Below, one piece after another: positions 11,012-19,819 of a DNA stretch of 64,000 nucleotides. A program made the position numbers and the translations under genes. The DNA is taken from positions 350,526-414,525 of the forward strand of contig JBFLYH010000002.1 in NCBI GenBank assembly GCA_040756875.1. The letters run 5' to 3'. Origin of the DNA: a candidate division FCPU426 bacterium. GTDB lineage: Bacteria; Oederibacteriota; JAAXVQ01; JAUVAV01. The notes under the pieces are model-generated. The model was given only the letters and a program-made list of their open reading frames with translations. It was not told where the DNA came from and did not search any database. Numbering within the stretch: the stretch's first letter is position 1; each line of letters starts with the position of its first letter.

Positions 11012-11036
11012 TTGCCCCCCGGCACGCCGTTCTCGG

Positions 11037-11414
11037 CTAGACTTGTTTTTTATCCTTGGCAAGCGCCAATACTTCGCGCACGCGCTGGATTTGAAATGGT
11101 TTTTTCATAAAATGATCGCTTCTGAATAGCTGCATCAGTTCCCCCACCCACTCGTCGTATTCGCGGTGCATGACAACGACAAGTGCCTCATCCGGTACTG
11201 CTCCTACCTTTAGTACCCTCCCTTTTTTGTGTGAAGTAACTGTTTCGGTGTCGACGAATATTATTTCGAAGGCAGGAGGATTTTTCAGATCGTCAAGAAT
11301 GGAGGGATTGGTGCTTAAATAGACTTTGTTAAAACCAAAGGAATTGACATGTTCTTTTAATATTTGGCCGGAGTCAACGTCTTTGTCCAATATCAATACC
11401 TTTTCATCACGCAT
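11037..11414 (-). CDS. Stand-alone receiver (CheY-like) domain protein, divergent
   Basis: KVLILDKD, IIFVD and FMKKPF motifs. Confidence 0.75.
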   Translation of the reverse strand: MRDEKVLILDKDVDSGQILKEHVNSFGFNKVYLSTNPSILDDLKNPPAFEIIFVDTETVTSHKKGRVLKVGAVPDEALVVVMHREYDEWVGELMQLFRSDHFMKKPFQIQRVREVLALAKDKKQV

Positions 11415-11455
11415 GGCATACTCCTAACTTTTATTCAGCTTCTTAAACAAATATA

Positions 11456-11472
11456 TTCAAGAAGCATGCCAA
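11456..11472 (-). promoter_or_regulatory. Sigma54 -24/-12-like promoter
   Basis: TTGGCATGCTTCTTGAA on the minus strand (consensus TGGCACG-N4-TTGCW; GA at -12), about 40 bp upstream of the receiver gene. Confidence 0.6.
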
Positions 11473-11544
11473 AGACGCGATGATGAATGTCGTTGTAATT
11501 AAAGGATTATTTAACAGGAAAGATTTCGATTATGATTATAGAAG

Positions 11545-11580
11545 TGTAAATATATCTTACACCTGTAAGCAAAGCTTACA
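11545..11580. promoter_or_regulatory. Tandem palindromic sites (putative bEBP enhancer)
   Basis: TGTAAATATATCTTACA (11545-11561) and TGTAAGCAAAGCTTACA (11564-11580). Confidence 0.7.
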
Positions 11581-11618
11581 TGGACATCTAGAGTTTATTC
11601 GCTAATGCATTGTACTTT

Positions 11619-13022
11619 TTAAATGATCTCGTGCTTTTTCAGGAGCTGAATAAACCGTTCACGCGAAACGCCCATCATCTTTGCGGCTTGCGTTTGATTG
11701 CGATCGCATTTATTGAATATGGTTTCAACCAGTTCTTTCTCTTCGCTTCTTTGTTTCTTGCGCAAATCTCGGATCGTAGCCGGCTGTTCGGATACGTCCT
11801 CATTCCTTGGTACTACCATCACTTGGTTATTGGTCAACCCGGCTTGCTTACTGCCATTGAAAATGCTCAGGTATTCGGGCCTTAGAAACCCTTCGATATC
11901 CTCCCGACGAATCATCGATCCTTTGCAATTGAGCACCCCGTGGCTGATACAGAATCGCAACTCGCCGGTATTCCCATACCATGGTAATTTTTGGAACAGC
12001 CTCAAGACCTCCGGTTCAATTGCCGCCACGCGTTTATGGTATTTCTGATTGAACTGCTGAATAAACCCATCCGCCAATAACGGAATGTCCTCCGGAATCG
12101 TGCGCAAGGGGGGCATGGTGATGTGATTGTGCCAAAGCCGGCGGAAAAGATCAGGCCGAAATTCCTGCGTCTGCGCCAACTTGGGCAAATCCTGACGGGT
12201 CGCAGCCAAAATAATCAAATCGAGCTTGATTGGCTGGTTTGATCCAACCCGCCTTATTTCATGCGTATCCATGAAATCCAGCAGGTTTTGTTGCTGTTCC
12301 AACGGCAATTCGCCTACTTCGTCCAGAAACAAAATGCCCTTATCCGCCTCCTCCAGCATGCCCTTCCGGTCTATGGCGCCGGTAAACGCACCGCGGACAG
12401 AACCGAAGAGCTCGACTTGGATCAGACTTCCGGATATATTAGCCAGGTTGACTCGATAAAACCGATCCCTGCGACGGCTGGCCCTGCGGTAAGTTTCTGC
12501 AGCCAGATTCTTGCCAGTGCCGGTTTCCCCCAAAATGAGCACATCGCTTTCTTGGTCCGCCCAATCCAGCAATTTAATTATATTCTCATTAGTGCCCCGG
12601 CCTCGCATCCGGTCAGGCAGAGGCATGGCCTCTTGTTTTGACGCATCCTGCTCCCACAGCAATTCTTCGGCTTTATGCAGGACGTCCTCCACTTTACTTT
12701 TCAAGACCACGGCATTGGCCCCATTTTCTTTGGCATCCAAAAAATCCACGGACGTGCCGTATCCGCTCACCATTAGTATTGGCAACTCCTCCCGGTTCCA
12801 GCGATCTCGGATCAACTTGACGATATTCACGCCTTCAGCTTCCTGGCCGTGGCCAAAATTGATATCCAAAGTCACTAGATCCGGACTAAACGTCTCGATT
12901 TTTTCTAGAGTTTCTTTGGCATTTTTTGCCTGTTCGACTTCATAACCTTTCAGGGTGAACAACTCCTTATAAATTTCTATAGGTTCGGCTTCGTCATCAA
13001 CAATCAATATTTTTTTAGGCAT
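11619..13022 (-). CDS. Sigma54-dependent NtrC-family response regulator (bEBP)
   Basis: Receiver ILIVDDE/LVTLD; Walker A GETGTGK; GAFTGA; Walker B LFLDEV; Fis-type HTH NQTQAAKMMGVSR; likely start 13022. Confidence 0.93.
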   Translation of the reverse strand: MPKKILIVDDEAEPIEIYKELFTLKGYEVEQAKNAKETLEKIETFSPDLVTLDINFGHGQEAEGVNIVKLIRDRWNREELPILMVSGYGTSVDFLDAKENGANAVVLKSKVEDVLHKAEELLWEQDASKQEAMPLPDRMRGRGTNENIIKLLDWADQESDVLILGETGTGKNLAAETYRRASRRRDRFYRVNLANISGSLIQVELFGSVRGAFTGAIDRKGMLEEADKGILFLDEVGELPLEQQQNLLDFMDTHEIRRVGSNQPIKLDLIILAATRQDLPKLAQTQEFRPDLFRRLWHNHITMPPLRTIPEDIPLLADGFIQQFNQKYHKRVAAIEPEVLRLFQKLPWYGNTGELRFCISHGVLNCKGSMIRREDIEGFLRPEYLSIFNGSKQAGLTNNQVMVVPRNEDVSEQPATIRDLRKKQRSEEKELVETIFNKCDRNQTQAAKMMGVSRERFIQLLKKHEII

Positions 13023-14340
13023 CTCTTTTCTCCTTGGGCCCCAGAGTGCGCGGAAATCGAATATAAAACACTGTCCCCTGACCGACACGACTCTCTTTCA
13101 CCCCTAAATTTCCGCCCACTAATCGCACCAGTTGCCGGGCATTGTACAACCCTATCCCGGTCCCTTTCACTTCCGGATTGAGCCGTATAAAAGCCTGGAA
13201 TATACGATCTTGATCGGCTTTAGCAATACCTGGTCCCTGGTCTTCCACTAAAATCGCAATCTCATCCGGATTCGATTCGGCTTTGACCTTGACGGTCGTT
13301 TGCGCCCGGGTGTATATAACCGCGTTTTCCAGAACGTTGATCAGGGCTTGCTGAACCACATGGGCGTCGCTCTCGATGTCCAGGTCACCTGAAAACGGCG
13401 CCACTTCGATGCGAATCCCCCTGCGCCGGGCCATTTCTTCCAGGCTGGCTGCCGCTTCGATGATCTTCTGCTCCAGAGGCACCCACTCGGCCAATATTTT
13501 CACGCCACCCTTCCGCAAGCGTTCATGGTCATTTAAATTCTCGATCAGGCGGTTCAAGGATTCTATATTTTGCGAAGCCAGGCGGAAATCCTTCTGCAAC
13601 TCCCCGGGGTCAGGCTTTTTACCGGTTTGCAGCCGCATTTCATTTTTGGTGATCTGCCCTTGTATGACCGTTAAAAATTTAATGGCGTGGTGCGTGAGGC
13701 CGGTTATCATTTGCGACTTGGTGTTTTCCGCCTCCTGAAGCCTGTTCTGTGTCCTCTGGAGCATCCAGGTCGCCACTCCCAACAACATGACTAAAAGCAA
13801 AATGAGGCTGACCGCGATAAGCAGGTTGTTACGCATATTGAAGAAGGGGTCAAGTTTAAATACCATCTGTACCGCATTGGGCGCGCTGAACAGGTCGGGA
13901 TTAAACGGCAATAAATGCGTAAGTACGAGGTACTTGCCGGTCGGCGTTTTAATAATGCGGGACCCTTCGGCCGCCCTGGCTTTCAGCAATGCGGATTCGA
14001 GGCCTTTAGGATTGCCGGCGCATATCCCTACCTCGTCCCCCACGTAATTGGCGATGTATTGAATGGTGGAAATGCCGGTCAGGAGGTCAACCAAGTCCTG
14101 GAAATTGCTATAATGCTCGTTGATGAGCATGGTCATGGCGCTTTGGCTGAGCTTGTCCGCCAAGGCTTCATATTCTCTGATCCGCTCTTGCTGATAGGCC
14201 TGCAAGGAAGTCAAAATCCCGTGCAGACCAGCCAGGAGCACCAGGCATGCAAATACCAAGACCAAATAGAATCCCACCGGTTGTCCTTTCCGGGACCATG
14301 AAAGGCGGGTGCTGGTTTTGCCAGTCTTGGAAGCAGTCAT
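13015..14340 (-). CDS. Membrane sensor histidine kinase
   Basis: Two TM segments; NVLENAVIY, DQGPGI, F-box and GTGIGL; atypical H-box LTHHAIKFL. Confidence 0.9.
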   Translation of the reverse strand: MTASKTGKTSTRLSWSRKGQPVGFYLVLVFACLVLLAGLHGILTSLQAYQQERIREYEALADKLSQSAMTMLINEHYSNFQDLVDLLTGISTIQYIANYVGDEVGICAGNPKGLESALLKARAAEGSRIIKTPTGKYLVLTHLLPFNPDLFSAPNAVQMVFKLDPFFNMRNNLLIAVSLILLLVMLLGVATWMLQRTQNRLQEAENTKSQMITGLTHHAIKFLTVIQGQITKNEMRLQTGKKPDPGELQKDFRLASQNIESLNRLIENLNDHERLRKGGVKILAEWVPLEQKIIEAAASLEEMARRRGIRIEVAPFSGDLDIESDAHVVQQALINVLENAVIYTRAQTTVKVKAESNPDEIAILVEDQGPGIAKADQDRIFQAFIRLNPEVKGTGIGLYNARQLVRLVGGNLGVKESRVGQGTVFYIRFPRTLGPKEKRDA

Positions 14341-15251
14341 TTGATTAATCCATAAGCCGTATATTTATTAATCCATTCCTGATAGCGTTTTTCCTGCTCT
14401 TCACCCACCTCCCGGGCTTCGTCGCAACCCAGCAAGTTCAGTATTACAAGTGTTTTTGGCGCTTTGTGCATATTCATAAAATATTTTTTAACTTCCTCGG
14501 CTTTAATGGCTTTATCCGCCTCCAGATTGGCTCTTATAAAAATGGGCAAATCAGCCATCACTTCGTCGTTGATGATAAAATCAAATTTGCCCTCAAGGTT
14601 TTTTTGCCTGGTCGCGACCATGACCGAGTACAGGCTATTGAATATCACTTCGGTCCTGCGGGATTTAACCAAAGAAGCCAATGCATCCTTGCTGGTGGGA
14701 TAGTAAATGGTTTTGGCAAAATATGTTTCAGCTTTGAAGTTCGGATTATGCGGATAAAATATATATTTAACTTTCGCCAAATCTTGATAATCATTGTATC
14801 CGAACACCAATCCGCGCAATTGTTCGGGCGATTTATACGGCGACCCTTTCCTCAATACAAAACAATATCGGTCGCCATTTTTTCCTTCCTGATAAAACCA
14901 AATGATGGGTTTTACCCTTTTATGCTTGTATTGTTCGAGAAACTCAACCAGGTGTCCGCATCCCATATCGACCTGCTTGCTGGCCACTTTTTGGTACATT
15001 TCCCGGTTCGAATCGAAAAACCTCATTTTCATGGGGAATCCCAGGGCAGCCGGCATTTCATGCTCGATCAAGCTGGTGAGGGCTGACACGGCTTCGCGCT
15101 CATTGGTATGTTGCGACAATGCGCTCTTGGTGCTGCCGAATACCAAGGGCCGTTCCTCGTTTGGCGCTCCCTGGCACGGGTATCCGTTCGTGATGGCAAC
15201 CAGAAAAAGCAAACCGTTTGCGAGAAATAACAATTTGTTATTCGAAATCAT
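14337..15251 (-). CDS. PhnD/SsuA-type periplasmic binding protein
   Basis: Signal peptide; LVFG, VDMG and VLRKGSPYKSPEQLRGLVFG pattern; stop overlaps the kinase start. Confidence 0.7.
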   Translation of the reverse strand: MISNNKLLFLANGLLFLVAITNGYPCQGAPNEERPLVFGSTKSALSQHTNEREAVSALTSLIEHEMPAALGFPMKMRFFDSNREMYQKVASKQVDMGCGHLVEFLEQYKHKRVKPIIWFYQEGKNGDRYCFVLRKGSPYKSPEQLRGLVFGYNDYQDLAKVKYIFYPHNPNFKAETYFAKTIYYPTSKDALASLVKSRRTEVIFNSLYSVMVATRQKNLEGKFDFIINDEVMADLPIFIRANLEADKAIKAEEVKKYFMNMHKAPKTLVILNLLGCDEAREVGEEQEKRYQEWINKYTAYGLIK

Positions 15252-16764
15252 GGAGGTCCTTCCCCAGCAGCCGGAAATACTCCACCACCATTTGCCGGTA
15301 AGCCAAAACCGCTTCCAAGTGTTTCAAACAGATTTCGCTCTCCTCCACATGCGAGCGGATGAGTTCGTCCGTATCCACCATTTCCACCCGGTAGCCCAAA
15401 ACCGCTGATTTGGACCGTTCTTTGGCCAAAGCTGCGGATTCCTCCAGCAACCGGACCTGTTCGCGGCTGGCTTCCAAATCGCGCAACATGGCCGCCAGCC
15501 GGATTTCCAAGCCTTTCTGGGCGTACTGGACCTGCAATTCAACCGCCCGGCTCTCTGCCGCCTTTTCTTTGACCGCTTCCAGGGTTTGCAATCCCAGAGG
15601 AAAGTCCCACTGGGCGCCAAAAGTGGCCTCCCAGGAATTTTCCGGCACGTACCCGAATGCCGGCACCTCGTGGAACAGGGTGTATTCGCCTTTCAGTCCG
15701 ATGGTCGGAAACAAATCCGCTTGCGCAATCTGGGTTTCCTGGGCGGCGATATTACGGCCCAGTTCCAGTTGGCGCCACACGGGATTGTTCTCTTTGAGCC
15801 GGGACAACGCCTCCGCAAAGGAAAAGGATTCTGCCCGCGGCAGACGGGTGTTGCTTTCCACCTCGACGGTTTGGCGGACTGACGTTAGAAAAGCGAGGTA
15901 CATTCGGCCTTGGTCCGACCGGCTTTTGATTTGTTGCAGCAGCGCGTCAATCTGTTTGATATAGGTTTGCACGCTCAGATAATCGTATTGATTTTTATCG
16001 CTTCCCAGATCGCGGACAAACCCTTCGGTAATCAGGAGCAACGCTTCGAAACGGCCATGCAATTCCTCGCCCAGGCGCCTTGCCTGCTCGGCATAGGCCA
16101 GGGCGAAATAGGTCCGGCATACCTCGGCCAAAAGGTCCTGGGTCGCCTCGAAATCTTTCGCCCGCTCCAATTCCTGGTTCCAGCGCGCTTGCAGATTGCG
16201 GCCTTTGATCTTGCCGCCTGTGAACAACGGCTGAACAAGGGAAACGGTCGCGCCCACCGAATGCGCGGCCAAATACCCGGATTCCAGGCTGGGGGGCACT
16301 TTGCCTTTGGCATCGTTATAGTACGGAGTGGCAGTGGCCGGATCATTGATGATGACCTGGTAAGGGTCCGTGCCCGGGGGATATCCCCGGCCGGCGAGGT
16401 CGCCGCGTTCAATGGCTTCTTTAAGGTTTAGATACGTGGCAGTGCCCAGAAACAGCTCATAGTAACCGTCGGGAATGGATATTTTGCTCACCCGGTCCGA
16501 GTCCAGCAGGGTGTACCCTGCCTCCAGGCCCAGGCGCGGGAAATACAAGGACACAGCCTGGCCGGCTTTGGCGTCCGCGGCCCGCACCCGTTGCTTGCTT
16601 GCTTCAATGAGGGGGTTATTGGCCAGGGCCAGATCCAGGCATTGACGCACGGTCAGAGGTTCGGGCGATGTTTCGGATGTGGAAGGTTCCGCGGCCAGGA
16701 CCGCGTTCGTGGAGAGAAGCAGGCAAAATAATAAAAGCTTAGCTGTGGTTTTTGGCACGTCCAT
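15238..16764 (-). CDS. TolC-family outer-membrane protein
   Basis: LTVRQCLDLALANNP, YFPRLGL, QPLFTGGK and ADLFPTIGL motifs. Confidence 0.85.
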   Translation of the reverse strand: MDVPKTTAKLLLFCLLLSTNAVLAAEPSTSETSPEPLTVRQCLDLALANNPLIEASKQRVRAADAKAGQAVSLYFPRLGLEAGYTLLDSDRVSKISIPDGYYELFLGTATYLNLKEAIERGDLAGRGYPPGTDPYQVIINDPATATPYYNDAKGKVPPSLESGYLAAHSVGATVSLVQPLFTGGKIKGRNLQARWNQELERAKDFEATQDLLAEVCRTYFALAYAEQARRLGEELHGRFEALLLITEGFVRDLGSDKNQYDYLSVQTYIKQIDALLQQIKSRSDQGRMYLAFLTSVRQTVEVESNTRLPRAESFSFAEALSRLKENNPVWRQLELGRNIAAQETQIAQADLFPTIGLKGEYTLFHEVPAFGYVPENSWEATFGAQWDFPLGLQTLEAVKEKAAESRAVELQVQYAQKGLEIRLAAMLRDLEASREQVRLLEESAALAKERSKSAVLGYRVEMVDTDELIRSHVEESEICLKHLEAVLAYRQMVVEYFRLLGKDLHDFE

Positions 16765-16830
16765 TATCCCCCCGCTTTAGAGTGCCGATAGGCGCCCCAT
16801 ATTACATGAAATCCGCATTTCTCCGGGAAT

Positions 16831-16863
16831 AAAAAAGGCCGGGAAGCAGGCGCTTCCCGGCCT
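16831..16863 (-). terminator. Rho-independent terminator
   Basis: AGGCCGGGAAGC/GCTTCCCGGCCT stem with a minus-strand U-tract after the PPIase genes. Confidence 0.85.
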
Positions 16864-16879
16864 CGGTCTACAAACAGGT

Positions 16880-17977
16880 TCAGTTTTTTTTGTCTGCGTA
16901 TTCGACTTTATATTTCTGCTTCAGGCTTTCGATCCAGGCTTTGTAGCGCGCCTCGGAGCCCTCTTCCATGATCTGCTTGCGAATCTGTCCCACGACCTCC
17001 TCGTACGGCATCTGGCCGCCGGATTGCCGGTCTTCGACCCGCACGATAAAGTAGCCGCGCGCTGTGTCAATCACTGCCGAGGGTTTGCCAAGGGCCAGGG
17101 GACCGAAGACGACTTTCTCGAATTCCTTCAACCCTGTGTCGCCGGGTTCGATCCAACCGATGTCGCCGCCCCGGTCCTTGGTGGCCGCGTGCTCCGAGAA
17201 TTCCCGGGCGACCGCGGAAAAGTCCGCGCTCTGTTTGAGCCGGGCCGCAGCCTCCTGGATTTTCGCCCGGGCCTGCTGGTCGCGCCGGGCGAATTCATCG
17301 GTGGGCAGCCCCACATCCGGGCGGGCCACGAAAATCTGGCTGACCCGGGCGCGTGACGGCCGCTGGAAATCCTTGCGGTGTTCCTGGTAGTAAGCCTTGA
17401 GCTGCGCCTCGGAGACTTCAGCGCCGGTTTTAAGCTCCTGCATTTTCGTCTGCAGCAGCCGCTGGCGCAAAATCAACTCTTTGGTGATCTGCTGGCGGAT
17501 TTTCCTGAACTCCTGTTCGGTCAGATGCTCCTGCTCCAGTTTTTCCCGGAAAGCCTTGGGCGAGGGAAACTGGGCCTTCAAGGCTTCGATGTCCTTATCC
17601 GTCTGCTCCTCTACGACCGTATCCTGCACTTCGATTTTCTGCTCCCGGGCCTCCAGCAACAGGAGTTTGCCCTCGATCAGGCGGTCGCGGTTCATTTTGC
17701 GGTATTCCTCGACCTTGGCTTCCAATTCGACGCCCCGCAGCTCCAGACTCAGCCGCTCGCGGATTTGCCGGATCGGCTCCTCAAGATCCTGCGTAGTGAT
17801 GATTTCATTGCCCACCCGGATCTCGACCCGGTCCAAGACCACCGGCTGGCCCGCGGGCACGGCTTTGACCGCCACGGGTGTCGTGCCGCCGGGCTCCGCC
17901 GTTCCCGCCCCAGCCGGGCCCGTGGCAAGCCATCCCACTCCGCACAAGCATAATCCAATTGCCATGATTCTCTTCAT
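16880..17977 (-). CDS. SurA-like PpiC peptidyl-prolyl isomerase
   Basis: SurA-N (VGNEIIT) plus parvulin FSAVAREFS..GGDIGW. Confidence 0.9.
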   Translation of the reverse strand: MKRIMAIGLCLCGVGWLATGPAGAGTAEPGGTTPVAVKAVPAGQPVVLDRVEIRVGNEIITTQDLEEPIRQIRERLSLELRGVELEAKVEEYRKMNRDRLIEGKLLLLEAREQKIEVQDTVVEEQTDKDIEALKAQFPSPKAFREKLEQEHLTEQEFRKIRQQITKELILRQRLLQTKMQELKTGAEVSEAQLKAYYQEHRKDFQRPSRARVSQIFVARPDVGLPTDEFARRDQQARAKIQEAAARLKQSADFSAVAREFSEHAATKDRGGDIGWIEPGDTGLKEFEKVVFGPLALGKPSAVIDTARGYFIVRVEDRQSGGQMPYEEVVGQIRKQIMEEGSEARYKAWIESLKQKYKVEYADKKN

Positions 17978-18912
17978 TCCGCACCTCGACGCGCATGGAT
18001 GACGATCGTCGCCTGGGCGCGCAGATTTTCAAGCCAGGCTTGGAACGCCTTTTCGATTTTTTGGAGTTTCAAATCCTCCGCGATCATCTCTTTCGCCTCA
18101 GTCAATGGGATTTTTCCTCCGGTCTGTTTCTCATCGACCAGGAACAAATGGTAGCCGTAGGGCGTGGCCACGGGCTGGCTGACCTGACCGGTCTTCTGGC
18201 TGAAGAGGACGCGGGAAAACGACTGCGGCAGCCCATCTTTTTCCACCCAACCCAGGTCGCCGCCCTGATCCTTTTCAGGCCCCCGCGAAAATCGTTTGGC
18301 CAAGTCGGCAAATGCCTCGCCGGCCGCCAATTGCTGCAAAATCGCTTCCGCCTGGGCCTTGGTTTCGACCACGATTTGCCGGGCATGAACGCGGTCCTGA
18401 CGGTAGAATTGGAGCAGGTGCGTCCAGTAGTAGGCTTCGATCTCGTCTTCGCCGATATGGATCGGGTCCTCAACCGCCTGCTTGATGGTCGCCTCGACAA
18501 GCAGGCGCGTATGCATCAGGTCCTGCAAGTCCGAGGGTTTCAATTGCTGCAAAGATAACAGCCGGTTGACTTCCTCTGGGGCATACCCTTCCCAAAATTT
18601 GGCGATGAACCCGTCCACGGACGTTTCGGAGATGCTGATCTTCAGCCGCCGCGCTTCGTCCATGATCAAGCGGTCGTTGATCATGCGGTCCAGGACATCC
18701 TCGCGGGTGATCGACGAAAACGCCACGCCTTCGCTGACCTGCAGGAAGCGCATCTCGCGTTTCAATTCGCTTTCCAGGATATCCTGTCCGTTGACCGTGA
18801 CCAAAACGCGGGGAGCGTGCCACTGCCCGGAAAAGTATTTGACCAAATACCCGAGGGAAAACAGCAAAGCTCCGCCGAGAACCGCGGCGGTGATGAGGAG
18901 GGTTCTTTTCAT
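17974..18912 (-). CDS. PpiC/PrsA-like peptidyl-prolyl isomerase
   Basis: FADLAKRFS..GGDLGW..TPYGYH. Confidence 0.9.
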   Translation of the reverse strand: MKRTLLITAAVLGGALLFSLGYLVKYFSGQWHAPRVLVTVNGQDILESELKREMRFLQVSEGVAFSSITREDVLDRMINDRLIMDEARRLKISISETSVDGFIAKFWEGYAPEEVNRLLSLQQLKPSDLQDLMHTRLLVEATIKQAVEDPIHIGEDEIEAYYWTHLLQFYRQDRVHARQIVVETKAQAEAILQQLAAGEAFADLAKRFSRGPEKDQGGDLGWVEKDGLPQSFSRVLFSQKTGQVSQPVATPYGYHLFLVDEKQTGGKIPLTEAKEMIAEDLKLQKIEKAFQAWLENLRAQATIVIHARRGAE

Positions 18913-18954
18913 GGGGCTCCCTAGGGCGAGTTCGTCCTGAACGGCGCTGCCGGA

Positions 18955-19647
18955 TTAACGCTTGCCGGAATCGTCGATGATCAAATCCTGGCTGTTTTCG
19001 CCGTACAGGTCCCGAAAGAGGGTTTCCTTGACCTCCACGGAATGCTGCTTCTGCAGGTTGCGGATCAGCTTTTCCTCGACCAAAATGGCGTGGATCTGCT
19101 TCTGCACGGCCTCCAGGGCCGGCACTTTGGCCGCCGGATTGAGCACTTTCAGCTTCCGCGCGTAATCGTCATAATACTCTTTGACTTCCGAATCGGCGAC
19201 TTCGACGCCTTCCGCACCTTCCTGCTTCAGGCGCCGGTTGAGTTCGGACAGCAGCACGTTTTCATATACTTGTCGGGGCAGGGACTTGGCCCGCTGTTTC
19301 ATATCCGCCAGGCGCTGCTCGAATTCGCTCGTGGTTTTGGCCTGCAGCTCCTTGAGCTTGGCCTTGACGTCGCCGTCTTTTTGGTAGCCGCGTCGTTCGG
19401 CTTCCATGACCAGAAGTTCCTTTTTCACCAGGTTGTCCAGGATTTTGTGTTTGCCATTATAAGACTCCGCCAGAATTTTATAGTTCTCCGGCAGGTTGTT
19501 GAGCGCCTGCTTGAAATCAGCCACCGTGATTTTTTGCTCGCCCACCACGGCCAATACCTTTTGATCGGCCCCACTGCCGCAGCCGCTCAGCCACAACCAT
19601 CCACCGGCAACTGCCAGCGTCCATCCCTGCCAGGTCGTTCGCTTCAT
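18955..19647 (-). CDS. SurA-N-domain lipoprotein lacking the parvulin domain
   Basis: LSGC lipobox; VLAVVGEQKIT; LLVMEAERRG; likely start 19647. Confidence 0.7.
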   Translation of the reverse strand: MKRTTWQGWTLAVAGGWLWLSGCGSGADQKVLAVVGEQKITVADFKQALNNLPENYKILAESYNGKHKILDNLVKKELLVMEAERRGYQKDGDVKAKLKELQAKTTSEFEQRLADMKQRAKSLPRQVYENVLLSELNRRLKQEGAEGVEVADSEVKEYYDDYARKLKVLNPAAKVPALEAVQKQIHAILVEEKLIRNLQKQHSVEVKETLFRDLYGENSQDLIIDDSGKR

Positions 19648-19819
19648 GCGTTCCACCTCATTCTTTTTCAATAGGTTGAAAACAGCTGGCGGCAAGCCGC
19701 CGATTGGGGCGCTTTGCCACGTTTTTTCCTTAATATATATCCCAATATTGCCGGTCGGCGGTTGCTATAGCCGGCCCTTTGGCTTTCACGTCTGAAAAAC
19801 GTTTAATTTATTGTTTATA

